Assembly (NCBI GenBank): GCA_963707985.1
Contig: CAVPRW010000010.1
Location: 64,001 to 128,000, forward strand
Direction: 5' to 3'
Origin: an uncultured Nitrospinota bacterium
GTDB taxonomy: Bacteria; Tectomicrobia; Entotheonellia; J063; CAVPRW01
Length of the DNA stretch: 64,000 nt
The notes under the pieces were generated by a model. That model did not search any database, was not told the DNA's origin, and worked only from the letters and a program-made list of their open reading frames with translations. A program made the position numbers and the translations under genes. Positions within the stretch are counted from its first letter, which is position 1, and every line of letters starts with the position of its first letter. Shown here in pieces: positions 45,635-56,669 of the stretch.

Positions 45635-47176
45635 ATGCCGATGCTCACCTGGAATGTAGTCCATAAAGGCGTCTATCACGACTCCGTGACACTCATGTAC
45701 CTGACACAAGGCTTGCAGGTCGTCCATGGCGTGCAGCGGGCTGCCGTCATGATGGGTACCCCATCGAATCGAGTCCTCCTGCGCGATGCAGGATTGCTGA
45801 CGCCCGATGGCGAGGCCGCCTCACCGAACGATTTGATTATCGCCATTGAGGCTGCCGACATAGCTGCAGCCCGTGCTGGAGCCCAGGCAGCCGACGCCGC
45901 CCTATCGACCGGCTTGCCCTCGACGCTGCGAACTCAGACAGCCCGCCATCCGCGCACACTGCGGTCGGCCCTCACGATGCTCGACGGTGCCAACCTGGCC
46001 CTTATTTCAGTACCTGGGCTCTATGCTGGACTCGAGGCAATGAAGGCTCTGCTGGCGGGGATGCATGTCATGCTCTTCAGCGACAACGTGCCAGTGACGA
46101 CTGAGATTGAACTCAAGCGCTTTGCTCTCGCCGAAGGCTTGCTGATGCTTGGGCCTGATTGTGGAACAGCGATCATCAACGGTGTCCCACTCGGCTTCGC
46201 CAACGCGGTGCCACGCGGCCGTATCGGGCTTGCTGCGGCGTCCGGGACCGGCCTCCAGGAGGTTTCATGTCTCATCGCAGCTGCTGGAGAAGGGGTATCG
46301 CAGGCCATCGGGGTCGGCGGACGCGATCTCACGGATGACATAGGTGGTCTGATGATGGCTCACGCCCTTGACATCTTGGCTGCAGACCCGACCACCGAGG
46401 TGATAGGGGTGATCGGCAAACCGCCGGGACCCAGCACTGGTGTGCGTCTACAAAACCAATTGGCACAGCTGGGGAAGCCGTGTGTCGTGTATCTTTCGGG
46501 GTCGACCTCCGTCGCGGGCTCGTCCTGGTATGCTGCAGCCACCCTCGAGAAGACAGCTCTGGACCTCATCGCCCTGGCTCGATGCGGGCGAACGACGCCG
46601 ATCGAATGCGCCATGTCCAGGGAGGAGAGTGAGCGAGTTATCGGGGAAGCCACACGCGCCGTGCACCCAGGCCAGCGTTTTGTACGCGGACTCTATGCAG
46701 GGGGAACATTGGCCTATGAGGCGCTTGACTTGCTACGAGCCAAGTTACCCAAGGTTTTTCCTGGTGTTGTGGGGGGAGGAGAGGGGCACTCCGTTGTCGA
46801 TCTGGGTGAAGATCAGTTTACCCTCGGGCGCCCCCATCCAATGATCGACGGGATGCTACGCCGCGAGTGGATTCTCAGAGCCGCGGAGGAACCGACGACC
46901 GCGATCATCCTGCTTGATGTCATCCTCGGCTACGGAGCCAACGCCGATCCGACAGGAGAACTTCTTCCGGCTATCCAGCAGGCCACTCGTCGGGCGCAGG
47001 CGGGGGGCCGACATGTGGTGGTGGTGGCAAGCGTCTGCGGTACTGAGCAAGACCCACAGAAGCGCTCGGTCCAGATCGAGGCCCTACGTAGACACGACGT
47101 TATCGTCATGCCGTCCAATGCCCAGGCGGCTCGCCTCGCGGCGAACATCGCTGCTCGCCTGTCGGGCGGTGGGTGA
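45635..47176 (+). CDS. fdrA: FdrA/YahF acyl-CoA synthetase-like protein (AllF-like)
   Basis: YHDSVTLM, MLFSDNV, GPDCGT, ASGTGLQE, GRPHPMID. Confidence 0.92.
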   Translation: MPMLTWNVVHKGVYHDSVTLMYLTQGLQVVHGVQRAAVMMGTPSNRVLLRDAGLLTPDGEAASPNDLIIAIEAADIAAARAGAQAADAALSTGLPSTLRTQTARHPRTLRSALTMLDGANLALISVPGLYAGLEAMKALLAGMHVMLFSDNVPVTTEIELKRFALAEGLLMLGPDCGTAIINGVPLGFANAVPRGRIGLAAASGTGLQEVSCLIAAAGEGVSQAIGVGGRDLTDDIGGLMMAHALDILAADPTTEVIGVIGKPPGPSTGVRLQNQLAQLGKPCVVYLSGSTSVAGSSWYAAATLEKTALDLIALARCGRTTPIECAMSREESERVIGEATRAVHPGQRFVRGLYAGGTLAYEALDLLRAKLPKVFPGVVGGGEGHSVVDLGEDQFTLGRPHPMIDGMLRREWILRAAEEPTTAIILLDVILGYGANADPTGELLPAIQQATRRAQAGGRHVVVVASVCGTEQDPQKRSVQIEALRRHDVIVMPSNAQAARLAANIAARLSGGG

Positions 47177-47279
47177 TGCCTTCGTGAGATTGCAAGCCGC
47201 ACGTCACTGTCGGTTGCCCTGCTGGTCGTCAGATCGGTGGCCGCGGAGGCTGATCTCCTGCAATGCCAATGTGCGGCGC

Positions 47280-48725
47280 TTATGGGAGGAAACTGGCGAT
47301 TGCGGCTTGCGCAGCATTGATCAATGGACCTGGGAAGATGCCGAAGATGAGCGTCCCAGCCACCATCAAGATGAGAGCAGCGGCAATTCCCGGCGTCGGG
47401 GATAGACCGTGCTCCTTCGGGGCATCTTGCATGTACATTTGCATTACCACGCTAAAATAGTAGTAGAGCGAAATGGCACTGCTAATCACTCCGACCACTG
47501 CGAGCCCAATATAGCCGCCCTGGATGGCCGAGGCGAAGAGGTAAAACTTCCCGACAAACCCAGCTGTCGGCGGAATACCGGTGAGCGAGAGAAAAAAAAT
47601 CACCAGCGACGCCGAGGCCACTGGACTCACACGCGCCAAGCCGGTAAATTCTTCGATCGTATCACCACGTTCCCCACGTCGACAGAGCAGGACCACCAGG
47701 GCAAAGGCGCCAATAGTCATAAAGACGTACGACATGGCATAGACCAGCACGCTGGCGAGGCCGATCTTCGTTCCCGTGATCACTCCAATCAACATATAGC
47801 CGGCACTGGCGATGCTGGAATAAGCAAGCATGCGCTTGATATTGCTTTGCGCGATGGCCACCAGCGTGCCGACCAACATGCTCAAAATCGACACCGCCCA
47901 CAGCAATGGTTCCCATTGGGCTTTGCTCGAGTCTAACGCCACCAGGAAGATCCGCATTAAGCCGGCGAATGCAGCCGCCTTTGATCCCACCGAGATGAAT
48001 CCCACAACCGAGTGGGGTGCGCCTTCGTAGACATCCGGCGCCCACATATGGAACGGCACTGCCGCAATCTTGAAGCCAAAGCCGCCGACCAGCAGAATGA
48101 TGGCAAGGATGAGGACGGGATTGGAACCTGTCACCATGACCTGCTCGGCCATCACTGCGAGTTGGGTGCTGCCGGTTAACCCATAGAGCAACGCCAAACC
48201 GTATAACAAGACCCCTGACGAAAAACTTCCCATCAAGAAATACTTCAGGGCCGCTTCGATCGATTTCGGGTCGCGCTTAACAAAACCCGCCAGCGCATAG
48301 ATTGCCAGGGACATCAGCTCCAAGCCGATATAGATGGCCAGCAAGTCCACCCCGGCAGCCATAATCATCATGCCGATGGTGGAGAAGAGAATCAATGAGT
48401 AGTATTCTCCGGCTGGGATGTCCTCAATGACAAGGTAGCGAGGAGATATCAGGATCGTCAGGGCTGCCACCAGTAGAAAGAGGACTTTGAAGAACAGGCT
48501 AAAACCATCGAGCGTATACATAGCGCTGAAGGTGGTGAGCGTGGTACCAGTCAACCATATACAGCTCAATAGTGCAACCATTACCCCCACAAAACTGAAG
48601 GCAGCAATGGCCAACCGCTGTTGCCGTCGCAGGAGCAGATCCAGGATCAGCGTGGCACTGGCCCAGATGAGCAGGATGAGCTCGGGAAGATACGCGCGTA
48701 TGTCCGGAATCTCGGCCACAGACAC
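47280..48725 (-). CDS. nuoN: NADH-quinone oxidoreductase subunit N (copy 2)
   Basis: [37 protein letters not shown]. Confidence 0.95.
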   Translation of the reverse strand: MSVAEIPDIRAYLPELILLIWASATLILDLLLRRQQRLAIAAFSFVGVMVALLSCIWLTGTTLTTFSAMYTLDGFSLFFKVLFLLVAALTILISPRYLVIEDIPAGEYYSLILFSTIGMMIMAAGVDLLAIYIGLELMSLAIYALAGFVKRDPKSIEAALKYFLMGSFSSGVLLYGLALLYGLTGSTQLAVMAEQVMVTGSNPVLILAIILLVGGFGFKIAAVPFHMWAPDVYEGAPHSVVGFISVGSKAAAFAGLMRIFLVALDSSKAQWEPLLWAVSILSMLVGTLVAIAQSNIKRMLAYSSIASAGYMLIGVITGTKIGLASVLVYAMSYVFMTIGAFALVVLLCRRGERGDTIEEFTGLARVSPVASASLVIFFLSLTGIPPTAGFVGKFYLFASAIQGGYIGLAVVGVISSAISLYYYFSVVMQMYMQDAPKEHGLSPTPGIAAALILMVAGTLIFGIFPGPLINAAQAAIASFLP

Positions 48726-48728
48726 CGC

Positions 48729-50330
48729 CTATTCCTCCTTGCCTGACATGTAGGCCGCCGGGGACGTCAGTCGTTGCACCACCGACAGCAGCGAGGCCTT
48801 CGCCGATGGGCTGTGTTGGATGCTGGCCTGCTGGACGTGGTTGAGCCAATAACTCACGCTAGCCTCCATGGATCGCAGATAGGGCTTGGGATAAACACCG
48901 ATCCAGATCATCAAGATGACAATCGGTATCATATAGGCCACTTCACGCCCATTGCAGTCGTTGAGGCGGGCATTTTCAGGCTTGTCGAGCTCACCAAACA
49001 TGACGCGTTGGAAGGCCCAGAGCATGTAGGCCGCCCCCAGGATGATGCCAAGCACGGCAAAACCTGCCCAGACGAAATTTGTTCGGAAAGCACCGACCAG
49101 GATCAGGAACTCACCGATGAAGCCATTGAGTCCTGGAAGCCCAATGGACGAGAACATCGTGATGGCGAATAGAGTGGCGAACACCGGCATCTGCTTGGCG
49201 AGTCCTCCGTAGTCGGCAATCAGCCTCGTATGCCGTCGCTCGTAGACCATACCAACGATCAAGAACAGGGCGCCGGTGCTCAAACCGTGGTTGATCATCT
49301 GCAGAATAGCGCCTTGCACGCCCTCAGGCGTCATGGTGAAGATGCCAAGCATGACGAAGCCCAAGTGGCTGACGCTGGAGTAGGCCACTAACTTCTTAAG
49401 ATCTGGCTGTGCCATAGCAACCAAAGCGCCATAGATAATACCGACAATAGCTAGAAAGGCCATAAGCGGGATGAAAGCCTGACTCGCCACCGGAAACAGC
49501 GCCAGGCTGAAGCGTACAAAACCGTAGGTCCCCATTTTCAGCAGTACACCAGCTAGGATGACGCTGCCAGCGGTCGGCGCCTCGACATGCGCATCCGGTA
49601 ACCAGGTATGAAACGGAAACATCGGAACCTTAATAGCAAAGGCTAGAAAAAAGGCAAGAAACAGCCAGATCTGGTGCGCAGGATCGATATTGGTTTTGAG
49701 TAGCTCCAGGAAATTAAAGGTCAAGACGCCGGTCTGATCGTAATGCATGAAATAGATAGCAAGAATAGCTAACAGCATGAACACGCTGCCGAACAGGGTG
49801 TACAAGAAAAACTTGATTGCTGCATAAAGCTTGCGTGGCCCACCCCAGATGCCAATCAGAAAGTACATGGGGACAAGCATGACTTCCCAGAATACATAGA
49901 AGAGGAAGAAGTCCAGCGCCATGAAGACGCCCAACATTCCTGTCTGGAGGAAAAGCAAGGAGAAGTAGTACTCCTTCTCGCGCTCCTCAATGGCAGTGAA
50001 TGAGCAAACTACTGCGATAACCCCCAGCAATGTGGTCAAAAAGACCAGGAGGAGGCTGATCCCATCCACGCCGAGGAAATACTCGACGCCGATGGCATCG
50101 ATCCATCGCCGCTGCTCGACGAACTGGAATTGGTGTGTGCTGGCATCGAAGGCAAGAAGAATGGGGAGCGATACTAGAAAGTCGAGCAATGTGACAACGA
50201 AGGCAAAATTTTTAATGGCCTGGGTCTGCTCGCGGCGAAACGCAAAGATGATGATGAGCGCCCCAATCAAGGGGATAAACAGTGTGAGTGATAGAATATG
50301 GAATCCGCCAAGAGCATGCGGCGCAATCAT
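48729..50330 (-). CDS. nuoM: NADH-quinone oxidoreductase subunit M (copy 2)
   Basis: [36 protein letters not shown]. Confidence 0.95.
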   Translation of the reverse strand: MIAPHALGGFHILSLTLFIPLIGALIIIFAFRREQTQAIKNFAFVVTLLDFLVSLPILLAFDASTHQFQFVEQRRWIDAIGVEYFLGVDGISLLLVFLTTLLGVIAVVCSFTAIEEREKEYYFSLLFLQTGMLGVFMALDFFLFYVFWEVMLVPMYFLIGIWGGPRKLYAAIKFFLYTLFGSVFMLLAILAIYFMHYDQTGVLTFNFLELLKTNIDPAHQIWLFLAFFLAFAIKVPMFPFHTWLPDAHVEAPTAGSVILAGVLLKMGTYGFVRFSLALFPVASQAFIPLMAFLAIVGIIYGALVAMAQPDLKKLVAYSSVSHLGFVMLGIFTMTPEGVQGAILQMINHGLSTGALFLIVGMVYERRHTRLIADYGGLAKQMPVFATLFAITMFSSIGLPGLNGFIGEFLILVGAFRTNFVWAGFAVLGIILGAAYMLWAFQRVMFGELDKPENARLNDCNGREVAYMIPIVILMIWIGVYPKPYLRSMEASVSYWLNHVQQASIQHSPSAKASLLSVVQRLTSPAAYMSGKEE

Positions 50331-50431
50331 CAATACGCTCCTCTCTGAAACCAGTGCCAAGTGCCGAAGACTATATGCAGTGTGAATTCCAAATCAATGA
50401 ATTGCTCAGCCCTCAGCACGTTCTGCTCTCA

Positions 50432-52445
50432 TCAAAAGAAAACATAGGCTGTGACGATGACGAATAAGCCCAGAACCATCGCCAACACATAATTCTGCAC
50501 GAACCCCGTCTGCAACAGCCGAAACGCCCGGGCGCCGAACTGGATGACCACCGATAGACCGTTCACCGAGCCATCGATGGTCTGTTGGTCAAACCGGCCG
50601 GATTCCTCACTGCTTTGGATAATCAGCTGACTCGCGCCGTTGACGGCGCCATCGACGACGCGCTCGTCGAATCCCCAGAGGAAATTCGCCAACGCCTTGC
50701 TACCGCGGACAAAAATAAACTCGTAGAGCTCATCCACCCAATATTTATTCAGTAAAAGCTCGTAGATGTCCCTGTATTTCGCCGCCAGACGGTCGGGGAT
50801 ATCGGTACGTTTGGTGTACATGAACCAGGCCAACCCCCAGCCGAGCACACCGACCATCACGGAAATGATCATCAGCAGGAGGTCCAGGGCGTGAAATGCT
50901 GCCGCCACCTGCATGCGCTTCCACCGTGCTCGCCGCTTCGGCGACTCCACTGGCCGTGTGAATCACCCCATGACCAACGACAGCCCCGAGGAAATCGATG
51001 AATCCATCCATGCTCAGGGGGAACCCCTAAAATCAAGCCGCCTACGACCGACAGTATGGCCAGGATGATCAACGGAACGGTCATAATCGGGGGGGATTCA
51101 TGCACATGATGGAGGACTTCATGATCGACACGAGATGTGCCATAGAAGGTCATGTAGATCAGACGAGACATATAAAAGGCGGTCATAAACGCCCCAAGCA
51201 CCCCGATGAACCAGAGCAAATAGTGTCCCGATTTGAAGGCATCGGTGAGAATACCGTCCTTACTCCAAAACCCGGCAAAGGGTGGGATGCCAGCGATGGC
51301 GATAGCGCCACGTTAAGAAGACCCGCCCACGTAATCCGCAAGTGTGGCTTCAGTCCCCCCATCTTGCGCATGTCCTGCTCCCCGCTGAGGGCGTGGATGA
51401 CGCTGCCCGAGGCCAGAAAGAGCAGCCCCTTAAAGAAGGCGTGAGTGACCAGATGAAAGATCGCCGCGATGAAGCCGCCGACCCCGGCACCAAGGAACAT
51501 ATAGCCCAACTGACTGACGGTCGAATAGGCCAGGACCCGCTTGATGTCGTTCTGCACCAAACCGATGCTGGCGGCGAAGATCGCCGTCAGACCACCGATA
51601 ATCGCCACAAATTCGGCGGAGATCGGCGCCAACTGGTACAAGACGTGACTACGAACCACCATATACACCCCGGCCGTCACCATGGTCGCCGCGTGGATGA
51701 GCGCGCTTACCGGTGTCGGCCCTTCCATGGCATCTGGCAACCAGACGTAGAGCGGGATTTGAGCCGATTTCCCCATGGCCCCGACGAACAGGCAGAGGGT
51801 AATGGCGGTGAGGATCGCCGTGCTGGCTTCCGGGGCACGTTGAAAGACGTCCAGGTAGGTGAAGGTGCCGAAGGTCGTGTACATCAAAAACACGCCAAGC
51901 AGGAAACCTGCGTCGCCGACCCGATTGACGACAAAGGCCTTCTTGCCTGCGTCGGCGGCCGATTTACGTTCAAACCAAAAGCCGATGAGCAAGTAGGAAC
52001 TAAGGCCGACGCCCTCCCAGCCCACGAACATCACCAGGTAGTTGTTGCCGGTAATGAGCACCAACATAAAGAACATGAACAGATTCAGATACGCGAAAAA
52101 CCGATAGTAGCCAGGGTCGCCATGCATGTACCCGATGGAGTATATGTGGATGAGAAACCCCACACCCGTGACCACCAGAAGCATCATGGCGCTCAGCGGG
52201 TCAGCCAAGAATCCCATTTGAACATTCAGAGGACCGACGACTAACCAATCGAAGAGAATGACCTGGACAGCTCTGGGATCCGCGACAATATCGCCAATCA
52301 CCAGTAAGGCGAAAAACAATGATAACGCCGTGGAGAGGATGGCAGGAATATGCGCTTTGTCACGGATGTAGCGCCGTCCCCAAAACCCATTCACCATGGC
52401 GCCGAGGAGTGGAAATAAAGGTACAATCCAGATCAGCTTGGCCAT
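50432..52445 (-). CDS. nuoL: NADH-quinone oxidoreductase subunit L (copy 2, elongated lateral helix; 4 apparent +1 frameshifts)
   Basis: WEGVG, KSAQIPLYVWLPDAMEGPTPVSALIHAATMV, HAFFK. Continues over frames to KYWVDE..GFVQNY. Confidence 0.92.
50516..50671 (-). repeat. In-frame degenerate tandem duplication (2 x 78 nt) within NuoL helix HL
   Basis: FDERVVDGAVNGASQLIIQSSEESGR / FDQQTIDGSVNGLSVVIQFGARAFRL. Confidence 0.75.
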
Positions 52446-52502
52446 TACGGCATCCTTCGTACCGAGATCGGCACCGTCTCTTACCTCCTGGCTGAGTGCG
52501 CG

Positions 52503-52805
52503 TTACCATTTCAGCAAATTGATCTCATCCACATTCAGACTCTCGCGCCCACGATAGAGGGAGATCACGATGGCCAGTCCAATCGTGGCTTCTGCTGCGG
52601 CGACAGTGATGACGAAGATGGCGAAAATCTGCCCGGTGAACTGGTCCAGAAAACGGGAGAACGCCACCACGGTGATGTTGACGGCATTGAACATCAACTC
52701 GATCGACAATAGGATGATCACGGCATTGCGTCGGGTCAGCACCCCCCAGACGCCGATGAAAAAGATAATAGCTCCCAGCGTCAGGTAATGTGATAACGGA
52801 ACCAC
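52503..52805 (-). CDS. nuoK: NADH-quinone oxidoreductase subunit K (copy 2)
   Basis: [21 protein letters not shown]. Confidence 0.95.
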   Translation of the reverse strand: MVPLSHYLTLGAIIFFIGVWGVLTRRNAVIILLSIELMFNAVNITVVAFSRFLDQFTGQIFAIFVITVAAAEATIGLAIVISLYRGRESLNVDEINLLKW

Positions 52806-52889
52806 GGCACCTCTCCCTCACAGCAACGAGTTACGATGCTGCTGCCCCTCATGCGCTCACGTCCGCCGGGAACCGGCAGTCACCGGCCT

Positions 52890-53420
52890 TTATCCGCGCC
52901 TCTCTGTGGTGGCCATATCCCCACGCGCCAGCACCACCGCCCCAATCAAAGCGGCCAGCAAGAGGATTGCTGCAACCTCGAACAACAGGAGATAATCGGT
53001 CAGCAGCAGATTGGCTAGTGTCTGCAGGCCACCTTTGCCCAAGGTTTCGGTGGGCATTTCCTGCATGAGTGGAAAGTTTCCTCGAACGTCCCTCAACAAC
53101 AGGAAAATCGTCTCTGCCGCCAAAGCCACGACCAGGATGGCGGCAAGCGGACGTTGGCCATGAAATTGCCGTAAAAACTGGGCCTGCATGACATTGATCA
53201 ACAGGATGGTAAAGACAAATAGCGCCATGATGGCGCCGACATAGAGAAGAATCTGTATAGCCGCTAGGAATTCAGCCCGTAGAATGATATAGATGGCGGA
53301 GACACAGAAAAAGGTGAGAATTAAGAAGAGGGCCGCATGCAAGACATTCTTATTGGTGACCACCATCACGGCCGAGCCGATCGCGACCCCGGCGAAGATG
53401 TAGAAGAAGAGCAGTTCCAT
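52890..53420 (-). CDS. nuoJ: NADH-quinone oxidoreductase subunit J (copy 2)
   Basis: AEFLAAIQILLYVGAI, YLLLFE..LLAALIGAV. Confidence 0.93.
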   Translation of the reverse strand: MELLFFYIFAGVAIGSAVMVVTNKNVLHAALFLILTFFCVSAIYIILRAEFLAAIQILLYVGAIMALFVFTILLINVMQAQFLRQFHGQRPLAAILVVALAAETIFLLLRDVRGNFPLMQEMPTETLGKGGLQTLANLLLTDYLLLFEVAAILLLAALIGAVVLARGDMATTERRG

Positions 53421-53475
53421 GGCGTGCGTTTCTCCACGTCAGCGTGCAGCTCCGAGTCCGCGCAAAACGTCGCGT

Positions 53476-53504
53476 AACTTATCATAGCCCCTACCGCACT
53501 GCAA
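53476..53504 (-). promoter_or_regulatory. Putative internal sigma70 promoter for the second nuoJKLMN block
   Basis: TTGCAG-N17-TAAGTT with extended TG. Confidence 0.4.
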
Positions 53505-53529
53505 GCGTTTTTCCGTCGCCGAGGGGCAG

Positions 53530-54987
53530 TTATTGACTGAATAATCCCTGCGCCGCGGCTTGTGCCAGACCAAGCAACCGAGACGGGAAGAGTCCGAGCT
53601 GAATCGTGCCTAGCATCGTTAGCACCAAGGCCATGAGCAAGAAGGGATCGAGTTGCATTCTCGGCACATCGGCTTTGGCTTCCTCCATATACATGAAGAC
53701 GATAGGACGCAGGTAATAGTAGAGGGAGATCAGGCTGTTAACGACCCCGATCACCGTCAAGACAACGTATCCCTGTTCCACTGCCGCGCTGAACACGTAG
53801 AACTTGGCCATGAACCCCGCTGTCGGCGGCAACCCCGACAGGGAGAACATGAATAAGGCCATGGCGACCCCCAACAACGGGTAGCGAAAGCCAAGTCCGC
53901 TGTAGTCGTCCAGGTGGAGATAACGATCCTCCCGCTGTTCCAAGGCGACCACGACGGCGAAGGCCCCGAGGTTCATGAAGGCATAGGCGAGGAGATAATA
54001 CAACAGACCGGCGAGCCCCGCCGGTCCACCAGCCACCAAGGCGATGAGCAGGTATCCAGCATGTGCGATGCTTGAATAAGCCAGCATCCGTTTGATGTTC
54101 TGCTGGGCGATGGCCGCCAGATTACCCACGGTCATGGTCACCACCGCCATCCCCCAGAAGATCGGCGCCCAGTTGTCCTGTAAATCACCAAGCGCCATCA
54201 CAAACACCCGCGCCAGTGCCGCAAAGGCAGCCGCCTTCACGGCGGTCGACATGAAGGCGGTGACGGGCGTTGGCGCTCCCTCGTAGACGTCCGGCGTCCA
54301 CATGTGGAAGGGGACGGCCGCGATCTTAAAACCAAAGCCCACGACTAGCAGCCCCATGCCGATGGTCATCAACGGGTGATAGGTGAGCCCACCCTCGCGG
54401 ATGGCCGTGACGAGGCCGGCCAGATTCGTCGTCCCGGTGGCACCATATAACAGCGCAATGCCGTAAAGCAAGAAGCCGGTGGCAAAGGCGCCCAGTAAAA
54501 AATACTTCATCGCCGCTTCGCTCGACTTCAGGACATTGTGTCGCATGCCAGCCAAGATGTACTGCGCCAGGGACAGAATCTCCAGGCCGAGGAAGATAAT
54601 CAGTAGGTCGCCACCGGATGCCATCAACATGGCGCCCAACAGCGCGAACAGGATGAGTGCGTAATACTCGCCCAGTTCCAAGCCCTCTGCAGCCGCGTAG
54701 CGGATCGACAGGAGGATCGTGATAAACCCCACGAACAGAAAAATGCCCTGAAACAGCAGGGCAACCATATCGACAATGATCATACCCCCGAACAGCTCCG
54801 CACCACTGCCCCATAAGCGCACCGCTGCCCAGAAAGCCAGGCCGACGCCAATCAGCGCGATCAGACCTGAGTTCGCGGGCTGTCCTGGCGGTGAGAACAG
54901 ATCGACCATCAGGACGATGATGGCGAATGCACCCACGAGGAGCCCAGGTAAGATCCCGATCAGCCCTATGCCGTCCACAGTGCTCAT
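53530..54987 (-). CDS. nuoN: NADH-quinone oxidoreductase subunit N (copy 1)
   Basis: [37 protein letters not shown]. Confidence 0.95.
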   Translation of the reverse strand: MSTVDGIGLIGILPGLLVGAFAIIVLMVDLFSPPGQPANSGLIALIGVGLAFWAAVRLWGSGAELFGGMIIVDMVALLFQGIFLFVGFITILLSIRYAAAEGLELGEYYALILFALLGAMLMASGGDLLIIFLGLEILSLAQYILAGMRHNVLKSSEAAMKYFLLGAFATGFLLYGIALLYGATGTTNLAGLVTAIREGGLTYHPLMTIGMGLLVVGFGFKIAAVPFHMWTPDVYEGAPTPVTAFMSTAVKAAAFAALARVFVMALGDLQDNWAPIFWGMAVVTMTVGNLAAIAQQNIKRMLAYSSIAHAGYLLIALVAGGPAGLAGLLYYLLAYAFMNLGAFAVVVALEQREDRYLHLDDYSGLGFRYPLLGVAMALFMFSLSGLPPTAGFMAKFYVFSAAVEQGYVVLTVIGVVNSLISLYYYLRPIVFMYMEEAKADVPRMQLDPFLLMALVLTMLGTIQLGLFPSRLLGLAQAAAQGLFSQ

Positions 54988-56618
54988 CCTTCTGTCTCCG
55001 ACCCCAGGGGTCGTGGCACCCGGCAGGTCTCCGGTGCAAGCCCGCGGCGATGCGAGACCTTGAACGGCGTCCCCAGCCCCCTCCGGCCTCTTTCCGGACA
55101 GCGTACCTCCCGGGTTCGCGCCGCGCCATGCTGCGCTACGGTCACGAGGCGCTCGACGGTGGCCCTGGTGGATGCTTCCATACGCTTCAAGAAGGGCTGA
55201 GGATACAAGCCGATCCAGAGTATCACGAGCACGACGGGCACTAAGACGGCGACCTCGCGCAGAGTCAAGTCCTTCAGATGCAGATTCGCTTCGTGAACCA
55301 CCTCGCCGAACATGACGCGCTGATACATCCAGAGCATATACACCGCCGCCAAAATCACCCCCAGCGCGCCGATGATCGCGAAAGTGGAGATCGTTTGGAA
55401 GGCGCCCAAAAGCACCAGGAATTCACCGACGAAGCCATTGAGACCTGGAAGCCCGATGGAGGACAGTGACACGACAAGGAAGAACGCTGCAAACATCGGC
55501 ATGACTTTCGCCAAGCCCCCAAAATCGTCGATCAACCGCGTATGGCGTCGATCGTAGATCATCCCCACCAGCAGAAAGAGCGCGCCAGTACTCAAGCCGT
55601 GGTTGATCATTTGCAGGACCGCGCCATCGAGCCCCTGGCTGTTAAATGCGAAAATCCCCAGCATGACAAAGCCGAGATGGCTGACGCTGGAATAGGCCAC
55701 TAACTTTTTGATGTCAACTTGCACCAGCGCCATCAAGGCACCATAAATGATGCCGATCACCGCCAGTAGAGCGACGATGGGTGTGGCATCGAGGGAGGCG
55801 TCGGGAAAGAGAGGTAGGCAGAAGCGCACAAACCCATATGTCCCCATCTTGAGTAACACACCCGCGAGGATAACGCTCCCCGCCGTGGGGGCTTCGACGT
55901 GGGCATCCGGCAGCCACGTATGAAACGGAAATAACGGCACTTTAATGGCAAACGCCAGGAAGAACGCTAAGAATAGCCAGCGTTGAATGCTTAATGGCAG
56001 CTCCAGTTGCAGGAGTTGGAGGAGGTTGAACGTGGCCTCGCCGGTGGCCTGGCGATGTAAGAAATACAGGGCGAGGATCGCTACCAGCATCAGCAGGCTG
56101 CCGGCCATGGTGTAGATGATGAACTTGATGGCCGCGTATATCCGCCGTGGGCCACCCCAGATGCCGATTAAGAAATACATGGGAATCAGCGTCGCTTCCC
56201 AAAAAACGTAGAACAGAAACAGATCGATGGCCGCAAAAACCCCCACCATGCCGCTTTCCAGGAACAGCATACAAATCATGAACTCGCGACTGCGGGCTTG
56301 GATACTGTCCCAGGAGGCCAGCAGGGTTAGCGGGGTGAGGAAGGTCGTCAAGACAATGAGTAACAGGCTGATGCCATCGACCCCCACCTCGTAGCTGATA
56401 CCGAGAGCTGGAATCCAGTCATAGCGTTCGAAAAACTGCATGGTAGCTGTGGATGAATCGAACATGAAAAAGGGGATGAGGGAGATGAGGAAGGTGAGGG
56501 TCGAGGTGATCAGGGCCATGCGCTTTACGAGGTCCTCGCTAGCGATCAGGAAGGCGAGCATAGCCCCTAGAGCTGGGAGGAAAATAATCGTGCTGAGAAC
56601 CGGAAACAGCAGTTCCAT
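54984..56618 (-). CDS. nuoM: NADH-quinone oxidoreductase subunit M (copy 1)
   Basis: [36 protein letters not shown]. Confidence 0.95.
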   Translation of the reverse strand: MELLFPVLSTIIFLPALGAMLAFLIASEDLVKRMALITSTLTFLISLIPFFMFDSSTATMQFFERYDWIPALGISYEVGVDGISLLLIVLTTFLTPLTLLASWDSIQARSREFMICMLFLESGMVGVFAAIDLFLFYVFWEATLIPMYFLIGIWGGPRRIYAAIKFIIYTMAGSLLMLVAILALYFLHRQATGEATFNLLQLLQLELPLSIQRWLFLAFFLAFAIKVPLFPFHTWLPDAHVEAPTAGSVILAGVLLKMGTYGFVRFCLPLFPDASLDATPIVALLAVIGIIYGALMALVQVDIKKLVAYSSVSHLGFVMLGIFAFNSQGLDGAVLQMINHGLSTGALFLLVGMIYDRRHTRLIDDFGGLAKVMPMFAAFFLVVSLSSIGLPGLNGFVGEFLVLLGAFQTISTFAIIGALGVILAAVYMLWMYQRVMFGEVVHEANLHLKDLTLREVAVLVPVVLVILWIGLYPQPFLKRMEASTRATVERLVTVAQHGAARTREVRCPERGRRGLGTPFKVSHRRGLAPETCRVPRPLGSETEG

Positions 56619-56669
56619 GGCATCGCCATTCTGCCCCCTCTCCGGTGCCGGCGAGCGGGGGCAAGGGAG

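Noticed and set aside
51342..52244. Long plus-strand ORFs opposite nuoL and other genes (e.g. 30865-31626, 34732-35373)
   Set aside because: Antisense shadows of well-supported genes in GC-rich DNA.
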